Part shown: positions 48,353-58,953 of the stretch, in pieces
How the letters are laid out: each line of letters opens with the position of its first letter
Numbering within the stretch: the first letter of the stretch is position 1
Source: Candidatus Sumerlaeia bacterium
GTDB taxonomy: Bacteria; Sumerlaeota; Sumerlaeia; JADFCW01
Reading direction: 5' to 3'
Length of the DNA stretch: 64,000 bases
Assembly (NCBI GenBank): GCA_026415575.1
Contig: JAOAGV010000011.1
Span: forward strand, 625 to 64,624
Notes under the pieces: model-generated
The model's input: the letters and a program-made list of their open reading frames with translations, nothing else
Told to the model about the DNA's origin: nothing
Databases searched by the model: none
Program-made: the position numbers and the translations under genes

Positions 48353-49600
48353 GTGGACATCGGGGTACTGAGAAAGAGCACACTATCAGAGTTGGCGGAA
48401 ATCGCCAAGAGCCTGAATATTGAAGGCTTCTACAACATGCGCAAGGCCGATCTGATTTTTCAGATTCTCAAGGCCAACGCCGAAAAAGAGGGCAACATGT
48501 TTGGCGAGGGGGTGCTCGAAATCCTGCCCGACGGATTCGGCTTCCTGCGCTCGCCCAACTACAACTATCTGCCCGGACCTGACGACATCTACGTCTCGCC
48601 GTCGCAGATTCGTCGGTTCAATCTGCGCAAAGGCGATTCGGTCAGCGGCCAGATTCGCCCGCCCAAGGAGAACGAGCGCTACTTTGCCCTGCTCAAAGTC
48701 GAGGCCGTCAACAACGAGCCGCCCGACGTCGCCCAGACCAAAGTCCTGTTCGACAACCTTACCCCCCTGTATCCCGACGAGCGGATCAAGCTCGAACACG
48801 ACCCCAAGGACATGGTCACGCGGGTCATTGATCTGATGTGCCCGATCGGCAAAGGCCAACGCGCCCTGATTGTTGCCCCGCCGCGCACAGGCAAGACCAT
48901 CATCCTTCAACGCATCGCCAACGCCATCACGGCCAATCATCCGGAGATCTCTCTGATCGTGCTTCTGATTGACGAACGGCCTGAAGAAGTCACCGACATG
49001 GAGCGGTCGGTCAAGGGCGAGGTGGTCTCTTCGACGTTTGACGAGCCGGCCGACCGTCACGTCCAAGTCGCCGACATGGTTATCGAGAAGGCCCGCCGCA
49101 TGGTCGAGTGCAAGCACGACGTCGTGATCCTGCTCGACAGCATTACGCGTTTGGCGCGGGCGCACAACCAAGTTGTTCCGCCCAGCGGCAAGATTCTGTC
49201 GGGCGGTGTGGACAGCAATGCGCTTCAGCGGCCCAAGCGGTTCTTTGGCACCGCCCGCAACATTGAAGAAGGCGGCAGCCTCGCCATCGTCGCCACAGCC
49301 CTTATTGACACCGGCAGACGCATGGACGATGTGATCTTCGAGGAATTCAAGGGCACGGGCAACATGGAGGTCAACCTCGATCGCAAGCTCAGCGACCGCC
49401 GTGTGTTCCCCGCCATAGACCTCCATCGCTCGGGCACGCGCAAAGAGGAATTGCTCCTCGACGAATACACCCTCAACCGCGTCTGGTTGCTTCGCAAAAT
49501 CATGAACGAAATGAATGTGGTCGAGGCCATGGAATTCCTGCTGGAACGCATGCGCAAGAGCGAGACCAACCGCGAGTTCCTCGACAGCATGAACCAATAA
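48353..49600 (+). CDS. rho: Transcription termination factor Rho
   Basis: [37 protein letters not shown] and EEFKGTGN motifs; AAAGGAG RBS, GTG start. Confidence 0.98.
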   Translation: MDIGVLRKSTLSELAEIAKSLNIEGFYNMRKADLIFQILKANAEKEGNMFGEGVLEILPDGFGFLRSPNYNYLPGPDDIYVSPSQIRRFNLRKGDSVSGQIRPPKENERYFALLKVEAVNNEPPDVAQTKVLFDNLTPLYPDERIKLEHDPKDMVTRVIDLMCPIGKGQRALIVAPPRTGKTIILQRIANAITANHPEISLIVLLIDERPEEVTDMERSVKGEVVSSTFDEPADRHVQVADMVIEKARRMVECKHDVVILLDSITRLARAHNQVVPPSGKILSGGVDSNALQRPKRFFGTARNIEEGGSLAIVATALIDTGRRMDDVIFEEFKGTGNMEVNLDRKLSDRRVFPAIDLHRSGTRKEELLLDEYTLNRVWLLRKIMNEMNVVEAMEFLLERMRKSETNREFLDSMNQ

Positions 49601-49666
49601 GCCGCCGCGCGCGGCACTTTGCGTGCCGTCAGCCAAAGCGAAAAGCCTGCTTTCGGGTATTTTCGA

Positions 49667-51499
49667 TTACTCTTCTTTTTTCGCGGCGGGTTCCAGCCGT
49701 TGGCCCAATCGCTGAAGCGTTGCGTCGTGGGGTGCGATCTGAAGCGCCTGCCGCAGCCACTGCCGCGCCTGCGGGAAATTGCCCATTTCCGCTTCGATCT
49801 CGATGAGATTGCAAAGGACGGGAAGTGCGAGGGGCCGGAGAAGCCGGGCCTGCTCGAAGGCGTCGCGCGCCTGCGGCAGCCGGTTCTGTCGCCGCAGCCA
49901 CGCCCCCAGCGTGTATTGCAGCTCGAACACACCGGGGCAGTAGGCAATGCCCCGACGGGTAACCTCGACCGCCTTGTCGAGATCGCCCCGCGCGACGTGC
50001 CACAAAGCCAGAGTGCTGTGGCTGAGAGGATCATAAGGGTTGGCGCGGATCCTGTGCTCATAGGCACGCGTAATGGCCTCGATTTCGGCGTTGGGCAAAA
50101 CGTATCCGGCGTCGGCTTTCGCGCGATAGTGCATGGCTTGCAATTGATACGTTTGCGGATCGGCAGGCCACCAGACTGCCGCCAGTTCCAGACGCTCCAG
50201 CCATGCGACATCCGAAGGGCGCAGCGTTTTTGGCAGGGCGCGATAGTGAGCGGCAATCACCGGGCGCAAATGAACAACAGTCAGGCCTATACCCAGAAGC
50301 AGCACACCAAAAGTCAGGAGAAATTGCCGAAGGCCGGGAACCGGCGCGGCTTTGCCCGCTCCTGCCGCAAACACCGTGGGGGGCTCTTTCCCCGCCACCA
50401 ACGCCGCGGGGGCAACAGGCCGGTCGCTGCTCCAGCCCCGTAGCATGCCCAGCAGGCTCCACAAGATGACTTGGCCGAAGGGCGTTCGCATAGCGGGGGT
50501 AAGGGTCCATAGGCAAAAGACGCAAGCCGCGGTCCAGCGCAAGGGCCGGGCGAGCGCAATCACCGCGAAAAAATCTTTGGCCCATGGGCCCGCTCGAATC
50601 GGCCCCAACGCGGCCAGAATAAAAAACAAAAAAGCAGCGGAACCGAGCGCGCCATACTCAACCAGCCAGAGCAGCGCCGGCGGCAATTCGGCGATCTCCT
50701 CGTGAAACTCTGCCGGCATTCGTGCGCGAAATATCCATGCATATCCCGCCGGCCCACATCCCCATGCCCACGATTCCTTGAGAAGCTCGCCGATAACTTG
50801 CCGGCTCTGATGCGGGGGAACCTGCGCCGCAGCCCGACTCAATACGCGATCGCGTGTCCATATGCCGCCTGTCGCCGCAAAGCCAGCCAACCCCAAGGCC
50901 GCCGCAAGCACCAGCCAGTGGTACCAGCGACACGCCCGCCGCAGCCACGGCCCGGCCAGCCATGGCGCCACTGCCAGCGTGGTCAGGGCGCATACCGCTG
51001 CCAGCGTAGTCCATGGGAACGGCGGCAAAGCCGCATCAGGTAGAGAAAAACCTCGTTTGGATAGAAAACCCGGAGCAGCCGCTGCCGCCCCCAGCAAGAA
51101 GATCGTAAGCAGGAAAAGCGGCTGGGGTCGGCGCGCCGTCAGATAGGTGGCGGTAATAAACAATCCGGCGCATTCCAGAAGGTGATGCAATTCCAACTCG
51201 GCCGCAAATCGGATTCGGGCCCGATAGACCGAGACGGCAGCGGAAACCAAGAGCAGCACCAACCCGATATCGCTGAGGTGCCAGCCCGGGCGAATGTCGG
51301 GTCGGCGAATCCACACCGCCAAAGCCGCCGTAGCCGCGGCCGTTGCCGCCACACCGCCTGCCGCCGTCAGATTGGGTTGCACGCTGTCGGCAGAAAAAAA
51401 AGCCAACACCCAACAGCCCCCATAGAGTGCAAGCATCATGCCATCCACAAGCGCGGACCGCAGGGCAAAAGGAGAGGACTCCGGGGACGATAAGCGCAT
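49667..51499 (-). CDS. Polytopic membrane protein with O-antigen-ligase-like region and C-terminal TPR repeats
   Basis: Many TMs; WGCGPAGY and LVEYGALG recall Wzy_C; the C-terminus has TPR-like helices ([18 protein letters not shown]). Confidence 0.6.
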   Translation of the reverse strand: MRLSSPESSPFALRSALVDGMMLALYGGCWVLAFFSADSVQPNLTAAGGVAATAAATAALAVWIRRPDIRPGWHLSDIGLVLLLVSAAVSVYRARIRFAAELELHHLLECAGLFITATYLTARRPQPLFLLTIFLLGAAAAAPGFLSKRGFSLPDAALPPFPWTTLAAVCALTTLAVAPWLAGPWLRRACRWYHWLVLAAALGLAGFAATGGIWTRDRVLSRAAAQVPPHQSRQVIGELLKESWAWGCGPAGYAWIFRARMPAEFHEEIAELPPALLWLVEYGALGSAAFLFFILAALGPIRAGPWAKDFFAVIALARPLRWTAACVFCLWTLTPAMRTPFGQVILWSLLGMLRGWSSDRPVAPAALVAGKEPPTVFAAGAGKAAPVPGLRQFLLTFGVLLLGIGLTVVHLRPVIAAHYRALPKTLRPSDVAWLERLELAAVWWPADPQTYQLQAMHYRAKADAGYVLPNAEIEAITRAYEHRIRANPYDPLSHSTLALWHVARGDLDKAVEVTRRGIAYCPGVFELQYTLGAWLRRQNRLPQARDAFEQARLLRPLALPVLCNLIEIEAEMGNFPQARQWLRQALQIAPHDATLQRLGQRLEPAAKKEE

Positions 51500-51535
51500 C
51501 GCGTAGGTTGGCTCTTGGCCGGCTCTATCCGGTTC

Positions 51536-51994
51536 TTACGCCGACTTTTCCTGCTCTTCCAAAATCTTGGCCGCAGCTTGAACGGCCATCAGATAGCTCT
51601 GAAAACCAAAACCGGAGATAACCCCGACGGCCACTGCCGCCGTCAGCGACCGGTGGCGGAAAGGCTCGCGGCGATAGAGATTGGACAGATGCACCTCGAT
51701 GACCGGCAGGCCGACCGCCGCCAAGGCATCGCGCAACGACACACTCGTATGAGTCAGCCCTCCCGGATTGATGATGATCACGCCGGTGCCGTCATTGCGC
51801 GCCTCGTGAATTCGCTCGATCAGTTCGCCTTCGTAGTTGCTTTGAAAAAACTGCGAGGCAAGGCCGAGCCGTTTGCATTCAGCGGCCACCAAGCGGGATA
51901 GGTCGGCCAGGGTTTCGCGTCCGTAGATTTCCGGTTCGCGCGTTCCCAGCAAATTGAGGTTCGGTCCGTTGAGAATCAGAATCTGCTTGCTCAT
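51536..51994 (-). CDS. aroQ: Type II 3-dehydroquinate dehydratase
   Basis: ILNGPNLNLLGTREPEIYG, QSNYEG, INPGGLTHTS and EVHLSN..RE.FRH motifs. Confidence 0.97.
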   Translation of the reverse strand: MSKQILILNGPNLNLLGTREPEIYGRETLADLSRLVAAECKRLGLASQFFQSNYEGELIERIHEARNDGTGVIIINPGGLTHTSVSLRDALAAVGLPVIEVHLSNLYRREPFRHRSLTAAVAVGVISGFGFQSYLMAVQAAAKILEEQEKSA

Positions 51995-52277
51995 CGTGCT
52001 TTTCACCTCGCGGCCCTGGTTGAGTCTTTCTTTCAGCGGGTAGCCTTCACATTCCGCGTCATCGCTCCTCAGGCAAGGCCCCCCAACCCATTCGGGACTG
52101 ATTTCCCACGCAACGCTTTTTCCTACTCCATTGGTTGCGGCCAATTCAACCAGATTCAGCACAAGCATCCTAACGGCGTCCGCGTAGGCCTTTTCAACAA
52201 CGGAGGGGGCCATTTCAGCGCGGGCCCGCGTCACTGATGCACCAACGCAGAAACTACGTATGTTCTCCGCCAAATCC

Positions 52278-54143
52278 CTAACGCAACGGCTCGATCGTGA
52301 ACCGGGCCAACAGAATCAGCCGAAGTGTGAACGCCTGCTTGTTGTTCATGAGCCGGAATGCCAAGTGATCGAGACCTTCCACCATTCCAGTATTGGCCAT
52401 TTTGCATTCCATTCCCATCCGCCGGATGGGCAGTAACAGCGCGCTCTGCTCGGTGCCCGGAGGGTGGCCGGTCTCGCGCCAGATCAACGCGTCGGGGGCG
52501 CTTTGTTCGGTTTGATAGTTGAGCAAAACGCAGTAGACACCGGGGCCGCAGTCTATTGCGGGTGCCACCCACTCCGCAATGCCGCCGCGGATTTTGTACT
52601 CGCGTGCACCGTCCTCGCTCACACCGACAAATTGAATCTCTCCATTCGGTTTCCACGCCTCCAGCGCTGCCCCCGACCATAAGCGCCGCTCCACTGACGT
52701 GATACGTCCCGCCTTGAGTGAGCCTTCGGGCAGGCCGGCAAATGTGATGGTGCCCGTAGTGGCGTCGGGCGACAATCCCGCATCAATATACCGGCCCGGA
52801 ATGCCCGTCAGCGTAAAAAGCGCCTTGGCCGCGCTATCGAGCCGGTTGGACATGGCCGTGCCCATGACCCACGGCCAACTCATGACGGCGTACTGCGTTC
52901 CCGGCGGCTGCTGCGAGGCTACTCGCACCATCTTTTCGACCATCGCCTTGTTGCGCCGGAACATATTGCGCCAATCGCGCATTACATTCATTTGCGCTGC
53001 AATCAAGCCCAACGCAACAAGTCCTGCCGCCGCAAAAGCCAGACTGCGCCGCACGCGACTTGCCTGCCCCGTCCCCATGGCTTTTTCCAAAAGAGCGCTG
53101 AGAAGCAAAATCCAGCCGATGGTAACAATATATACATAGCGGGAACCAATCTCGAAGCTGACATACAAGCCGAACAGCGGCAGCGGCGTCAGGGCCAACC
53201 ATCCCGAACCCAAAAGGCCAAGCCGCGAAAAACCCGACAGCGCCCAGACCAGGAGAATCGCCAAAGCAAGGACTACGGCATTCAGCCAGTGTGCGCCGTA
53301 GTGTTCTACTCCGGGAAACGGCGCCAGCACCAGCTGCCATACTGCCCGGTAGGTTTCGACTGCGGACGCCGCATTGAGGCGTTGCCCGTAGCCACCCAGT
53401 CCGCCGAGAACAATCTGGCGAAACACCACATAAAGTAGGGCAAGGGCAAAAAAGACCACCAGCCGTCGTAGCGCCGAAAAGTCGGGCCGCCGAAACGGCC
53501 GCCCACCACCGGGCGGATATACCACCTCGGCCCAGAGCAGAACCAGCGGCAGAGTGATCCAGATTTCTTTTGACAATGCGCCAAGTATTGCGCCGCCCAA
53601 TGCCAAAGCCCAGTTCCGCGCCGAAGCAACCTCGCGCAGCCGCAGATAGCCGAGCAGGGCTGTCAGGCATCCGCACACCGCCATCGGATCGAACAGCGTG
53701 CTGGTCATAAGCAGCGCTTCGGGGTGCGTGGGGTAAATCGTCAACAGCAATGCCGCGCACCATGCCGTGAGGCGGCGTCCCGACAGCCGCAGGACGATTT
53801 GCCATAGGAGCACACAGTTCGCTACATGGAAGACTGCCGAGACGAGCAAGTATCCCGGCGTCCAAAAGCCGAATGCCCGCCGGCACAACTCGATCGCCAT
53901 GCGGGGCAACGGACGATAGAAGCTGGCATAGGACTGTCGGCCGGCATACACATCGCCGGCAAGCAGATGGGGAAACCGCCGAAGGGAAAGCGGCTGGATT
54001 ACATACCAGTCGTCGGCGACAAACGTGGCCTGTGCAAGCGTTCGTGCGTAAAAAGCACCATAGACGGCGGCGAGAATCAAAACAACAAGCCACACGCGCG
54101 GGCGGCTTGGGTTGGCGGGCGAAGTCGCCTGCTCCGGGGCCAT
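52278..54143 (-). CDS. GT-C fold membrane glycosyltransferase (PMT/ArnT-like)
   Basis: FVADDW, FYRPL, HVANCVL, HPEA and LSKE motifs; multiple TMs. Confidence 0.7.
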   Translation of the reverse strand: MAPEQATSPANPSRPRVWLVVLILAAVYGAFYARTLAQATFVADDWYVIQPLSLRRFPHLLAGDVYAGRQSYASFYRPLPRMAIELCRRAFGFWTPGYLLVSAVFHVANCVLLWQIVLRLSGRRLTAWCAALLLTIYPTHPEALLMTSTLFDPMAVCGCLTALLGYLRLREVASARNWALALGGAILGALSKEIWITLPLVLLWAEVVYPPGGGRPFRRPDFSALRRLVVFFALALLYVVFRQIVLGGLGGYGQRLNAASAVETYRAVWQLVLAPFPGVEHYGAHWLNAVVLALAILLVWALSGFSRLGLLGSGWLALTPLPLFGLYVSFEIGSRYVYIVTIGWILLLSALLEKAMGTGQASRVRRSLAFAAAGLVALGLIAAQMNVMRDWRNMFRRNKAMVEKMVRVASQQPPGTQYAVMSWPWVMGTAMSNRLDSAAKALFTLTGIPGRYIDAGLSPDATTGTITFAGLPEGSLKAGRITSVERRLWSGAALEAWKPNGEIQFVGVSEDGAREYKIRGGIAEWVAPAIDCGPGVYCVLLNYQTEQSAPDALIWRETGHPPGTEQSALLLPIRRMGMECKMANTGMVEGLDHLAFRLMNNKQAFTLRLILLARFTIEPLR

Positions 54144-54169
54144 TTCAACTCACCCCGTCCGTTTATGGA

Positions 54170-56155
54170 CTACGAGACCGGCGAGCCGGGCGCGCAGGCG
54201 GCGTCGGTGGTCACCAGACGCAGCGCTTCGCCGTCGTGGGCGGCCAGAAGCATCCCCTGCGAGAGCAAGCCGCGCAGTTTTCGCGGCGCGAGGTTGGCCA
54301 CCACCACAATCGTCTTTCCGACCAGTTGTTCCGGCGTGTAGTGTTGGGCAATGCCGGCGACAATCTGGCGCTGCTCGGTGCCGAGGTCTATTTGAAGGCG
54401 CACGAGTTTTTGCGCGCCTTCGACAGGCGCGGCTTCGAGCACGCGGGCGACCCGCAGGTCGAGCTTCTGAAATTCCTCGAACGTGATTTCTGGCATGGCA
54501 GGCGTTCCATTTTGAATTGTGGATTGAGGATTGGGGATTGCTGCCGCCGGTGCGGGACGGGCTTCCGGCAACGGGACCATTCGCCGGTCGGCGCTTCGTT
54601 TGGTTTCCGACCGTTCTTCAGGTTTTTCCTCGTCGAAGCGGACCTTGGGAAACAGAACGTGCCCCGCGACGACCGGCGCGCCGACCTTCAACAACTGCGG
54701 GTCAACGCCCGAAGGGCTCATCGCGAGGCCGAACCATGACAGCGCCTCGGCCATTTTGGCCGGCATCACCGGCTCAAGCAGTTGCAGCGCAACGACCGCG
54801 CCGCGCGCCGCCGTGTGCAAGATGGTCTCCACGCGGTCGTGCCGGCCCTGTTTGGCCAAAGCCCACGGCGCGCGGTCGTTGATATAGCGGTTGAGCGCCC
54901 GCACGGCCTGCAGCGTTTCCTCGATGAGCTGGTGGAACTTCAATTCATCCAGCCATTGCGGCGCGCTGCGCACCACCGCCTCGGCCTGCGCGAGTACGGC
55001 CTCGTCGTCGGGTTCGAGCGCATGCGAGGGTGGCACCCGTCCGCCGCAGTATTTCTGAATCATCGCCGTCAGACGGCTCAACAGATTGCCCAAGTCGTCG
55101 GCGAGGTTGCTGTTGTAACGCTCGTTGAACGCCACTTCCTCAAAGGCCGCATCGAGTCCGAACACCATCTCACGCAACAGAAAATAGCGCAGCGCATCCA
55201 CACCATAGACGGTTGCAAGGTCGAGCGGATTGGTCACGTTGCCGAGCGACTTGGACATTTTGAACTCGCCTGACTTCCAGTAGCCGTGGACGTTCAGGTG
55301 CCGATAGACCGGGATGCCGGCGGCCCGCAGCATCGTCGGCCAATAGACGGCGTGCGGTTTGAGAATATCCTTGGCGATGTAATGCTCGGCTGCGGGCCAG
55401 TAGCGTGCGAAGCGCTCGCCGTCGGGCCAGCCCAGCGCACTGATGTAGTTGACCAGCGCATCGAACCACACATACGTGACGTAGTTCGGATCGAACGGCA
55501 GGGGGATGCCCCACGGCAGGCGCGAGGCCGGCCGCGAAATGCACAGGTCGCGCAGCGGCTCGGCCAGAAAACTCAGAATTTCGTTCCGATAGCGTTCGGG
55601 CCGGATGAAATCGGGATTGGCGCGGATGTGATCCATCAGCCATTGTTGATAGTTCGACATGCGGAAGAAGTAGTTTTGCTCTTCAATCCACGTCGGTTGG
55701 GTCTGATGGTCGGGGCAAAGGCCGCCGCTTTCGGCCAGTTCGGTTTCAGTGAAAAAGCGCTCGCAGCCGACGCAATACGGGCCGCCGTAGCGTTCAAAGT
55801 AGATTTCGCCGCGGTCGTAGAGTTCCTGCAGAATGCGGGCGACCACGCGTTTGTGGCGCTCCTCGGTCGTGCGAATGAAGTCGTCGGGAACGATGGACAG
55901 CTGCGGCCAGAGGTCGCGGAAGGCCTGGCTGTTGCGGTCGGCAAACTGAATCGGGGTGAGGCCTTCGCGCTCGGCGGCCTGAAGGACCTTCGTGCCGTGT
56001 TCGTCGGTGCCGGTCAGAAAATACGTGTCATAGCCCAGCAGGCGGTAGTAGCGCCGCACCACGTCGCAGACGATGGTCGTATAGGCATGGCCGATGTGCG
56101 GCCGCGCGTTGACGTAGTAGATGGGCGTGGTGAGATAGATGCGTTTGTCGGACAT
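54170..56155 (-). CDS. metG: Methionine--tRNA ligase with C-terminal tRNA-binding domain
   Basis: HIGH and KMSKS motifs; TGTDEHG and YVWFDAL; C-terminal RQIVAGI...VVVANLAPRKLRG..SQGM. Confidence 0.97.
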   Translation of the reverse strand: MSDKRIYLTTPIYYVNARPHIGHAYTTIVCDVVRRYYRLLGYDTYFLTGTDEHGTKVLQAAEREGLTPIQFADRNSQAFRDLWPQLSIVPDDFIRTTEERHKRVVARILQELYDRGEIYFERYGGPYCVGCERFFTETELAESGGLCPDHQTQPTWIEEQNYFFRMSNYQQWLMDHIRANPDFIRPERYRNEILSFLAEPLRDLCISRPASRLPWGIPLPFDPNYVTYVWFDALVNYISALGWPDGERFARYWPAAEHYIAKDILKPHAVYWPTMLRAAGIPVYRHLNVHGYWKSGEFKMSKSLGNVTNPLDLATVYGVDALRYFLLREMVFGLDAAFEEVAFNERYNSNLADDLGNLLSRLTAMIQKYCGGRVPPSHALEPDDEAVLAQAEAVVRSAPQWLDELKFHQLIEETLQAVRALNRYINDRAPWALAKQGRHDRVETILHTAARGAVVALQLLEPVMPAKMAEALSWFGLAMSPSGVDPQLLKVGAPVVAGHVLFPKVRFDEEKPEERSETKRSADRRMVPLPEARPAPAAAIPNPQSTIQNGTPAMPEITFEEFQKLDLRVARVLEAAPVEGAQKLVRLQIDLGTEQRQIVAGIAQHYTPEQLVGKTIVVVANLAPRKLRGLLSQGMLLAAHDGEALRLVTTDAACAPGSPVS

Positions 56156-56368
56156 GCGTGTCGGCGAACCTATGTGGCAAAAATACAAAGAAAAAGTTTC
56201 CGCGCCCTGTTTTCGGGCCGCGAATAACGCACGCTAAAGGCCGCCATGCCCGGAACGCAAGCGCAAAACCATGGGGCCGTGAGGGTGGACGGCAAATTCT
56301 TGATGGCAACACGGACCCGGTGAACATAATTCCGCCCAGTCCAGAGACTAACCCGAATGAAAACCCGA

Positions 56369-57409
56369 TTAGTATGAGGTGGTTTGCGTGTGCGACAGCC
56401 GGTGGGCGCTTTCCAACATAACGCTGCGAGCGACCGGGATACGTTTGGGATACCCGCCCGGATACCAGCGCGGACTGCAATGGCTGGCGAACAGGGGGAA
56501 CCGCTTGGCAAGGAGCCGCCCGCGCTTTCGCGCTTCCTGCATCATCAGCGCAACCAGATTCGGCCACGGCAGCGCAGAGTCCGGCCCCTGGCGCACTGAT
56601 ACGTTGCCAAAGTCCGTGACGCCTGCCTCTAAAAGCCGGCCCAGCAGATGGGGATGCTCTTGCGCCGAGACCTGAATGGGCATGGCCGGACCGAAAAACG
56701 TCCGCGCCGCCGCCACAATGTCCAAAAATTCTTCCTCCGGCAGTTCAGACCAGCCGGCCATCGGCGTGCCGGGCATGGGATGGAACATCTGAATGCGCAC
56801 CGCCTGAATATGGCCGTAGCGTTCGTGGGCTCGGGCGATAATCTCAAAGGCCTTTATCCGGCTTTCGGGCGCTTCGCCAATGCCCACAATGATGCCGGTC
56901 GTCAGCGGGACACCCGCGCGCCCGCAACGCAAGATGGCCTCCAGACGGCGGTCGGGCGTTTTGCCCGGCGAGTTGCAATGGGCCTCGCGGAACTCCAATC
57001 TTGGATCAGCCGTTTCCAGCATAATGCGCATGGCGCACAGATATGGCCGCAATATGCGCAACTCGGCCAGCGACAGCGGACCGATATTGAGCAGCGAAAA
57101 TAAATGCGACCGGCGGTTCGTGGCCTCGATCAACTGCAGTATCTTTGCCAGATAAGCCTGATAGGAGTCGAAGCCCAGATAGCGAACCATTGCCATGATG
57201 TCGGGATGGGTGGCCAGACCCTCGCCGGCGATGAGTTCGATCTGCGAGGCTCCCAGTTGCGCCGCCGTGCGCAAATGCCGCCGCACCACCTTCATCGAGG
57301 GCAGACGCTCGGGACCGATAAGCGGAAAACGACAATAGCCGCACCGGTTCGCGCACGTTCGCGTCAGCACAAGCGGATAACTCAAGCAATAGGTGATTTT
57401 GCCGGTCAT
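56369..57409 (-). CDS. CofG-like radical SAM protein (diverged FO synthase subunit 1 homolog)
   Basis: ITY...LTRTCANRCGYCRF, MLET, H..SPGKTP..RL, TTGIIVGIGE and HERYGHIQ motifs. Confidence 0.75.
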   Translation of the reverse strand: MTGKITYCLSYPLVLTRTCANRCGYCRFPLIGPERLPSMKVVRRHLRTAAQLGASQIELIAGEGLATHPDIMAMVRYLGFDSYQAYLAKILQLIEATNRRSHLFSLLNIGPLSLAELRILRPYLCAMRIMLETADPRLEFREAHCNSPGKTPDRRLEAILRCGRAGVPLTTGIIVGIGEAPESRIKAFEIIARAHERYGHIQAVRIQMFHPMPGTPMAGWSELPEEEFLDIVAAARTFFGPAMPIQVSAQEHPHLLGRLLEAGVTDFGNVSVRQGPDSALPWPNLVALMMQEARKRGRLLAKRFPLFASHCSPRWYPGGYPKRIPVARSVMLESAHRLSHTQTTSY

Positions 57410-57898
57410 GGGAGCGGGTCCAACGTTGTCAAACGGCGGTGGGGCGGTGGATGGGCATCCTTGCCCGTCATAGGTTCTCACGTTACATCATAACATCCAT
57501 AATTTGTATATACCGGCGGGAAACCCCTGTCACCCAAAAAGCAAAGCATTTTGAAAGAAATCGTCGGCCCGTTGTCCAGAAAAAAAGAACCATCCGGACG
57601 GTCTCCGTAATCCCCCGGTTAGAGTCGCACGCAAAGACGCCAAGTCGGAAAAGAGCAGCATTGGCCGCACAGTTGGAAAGTCGCGAGTATTGCGCTGGCG
57701 CATTTGATGCTTTCACCACCAACCAGAATCAAATGAGCCATTTTGGGTTTGGCCTTTTTATGTGACACCCTATCAGTAGAATGAAGGCCAATCAGTACGG
57801 AAAACTGCTTGACATCAGCGGCACGTGGTTGTTTGGTACGCGCTGGTAGATTTAGAAAGGCATGCGTTTTTGACTCTGTTTTATGGAAGAGGTCTAAA

Positions 57899-58564
57899 AT
57901 GAAGAGACTGGTCGCTCTCTCGCTGCTTCTCACCGCAGCGGTTTCGTGCTCGCGAAGTGGAAAGCCCTTGGTGGCCGAAACCGTGGTTGGAGTGGGACGG
58001 GAGTTTTTTGATCCGCATTATTTCCGCGACACCCCGCTGGCATGGAAAGTCATTTGGTTCATCGGCCCGGGCCACTGACCCGTGGTTCGCTCGCTGGCCA
58101 CGGTGGTCGGCATTGACAGACTGGATGTGAGAGACCCCGAAACAGGCGAAATTCTCTACTACCGCAGCGTGCTGTATTACGTATGGCTGTATCCGATTAA
58201 GAAATCATTGGGAACGGCCGACGATCCGTCGCGGTTGCCTCCGGCAAAAAGAACGACGCCCCAACGGCCGGCCGCGACGCCGCCGAGGGCGTCGGGCCTG
58301 CCGACGGCACCGCTGACGCGGCCGCCAGTGCCGTCGCCGCGGCCTACGTTGCCAACGGGTGTGACTCCGGTGCAGCCGCCTGCGGCTGTGGCGCCTCCGG
58401 CCCCAACACCGGTTCCGGCTCAGCCTGTCGCGCCGGTTTTGCCTTCGGCCCCGCCGGCGCGTCCACCTGCGCCGACGCCAACACCAGCCAAGCGACCCGG
58501 GCTGCCCACGCCGACACCGACACCCCGTCCACTGCCGGTTTTACCACCCGTGCCGCCGGCATAG
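57899..58564 (+). CDS. Lipoprotein with in-frame UGA at codon 60 (candidate selenoprotein; otherwise a pseudogene or two ORFs) and Pro-rich tail
   Basis: GAAGAGG RBS; lipobox AVSC. TGA at 58076-58078 is followed in frame by CCC GTG and an open frame to TAG at 58564. A hairpin lies at 58093-58111. Confidence 0.55.
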
Positions 58565-58620
58565 CCTTTTGCCGAACGCTGCGCAGAGCAAGATTGCCAG
58601 ACCGGGCATCAGACTGGACG

Positions 58621-58647
58621 GTGGGTCGGCTTTAACGCCGACCCCAC
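58621..58647. repeat. REP-like palindrome
   Basis: GTGGGTCGGC-TTTAAC-GCCGACCCCAC with no U-tract directly after the stem. Confidence 0.4.
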
Positions 58648-58850
58648 AAAAAATTTCGTTTTACGACCGAAGAATCACGAATCGGAAATGGACGCCGTCG
58701 CGGGGGTGCCTACACAGCGTTCATCCATATGATAATTCCGTGTCGGGATCTTACAATGACAGGGCAAGAAAAGCACGGGTGCTTTACTCTATTCTTGGCG
58801 AAACGAGCCGATCTAAAACTCTCATTAAACCTTTCGAAGAAAAAAAACGC

Positions 58851-58927
58851 GTGCCAGTAGCTCAGGCGGATAGAGCAGCGGACTTCTAATCCGCAGGTCG
58901 GGGGTTCGAATCCCTCCTGGCACGCCA
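58851..58927 (+). tRNA. tRNA-Arg (anticodon TCT)
   Basis: GTGCCAG/CTGGCAC acceptor stem, anticodon arm GCGGA-CTTCTAA-TCCGC, GGTTCGAATCC T-arm, encoded CCA. Confidence 0.97.
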
Positions 58928-58953
58928 AAGAATCTGGGGCATGGCAGAGGGGC

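Noticed and set aside
56156..56368. SAM riboswitch or T-box upstream of metG
   Set aside because: Only an ATCAAGA fragment is present; no SAM-I core or T-box consensus is visible.
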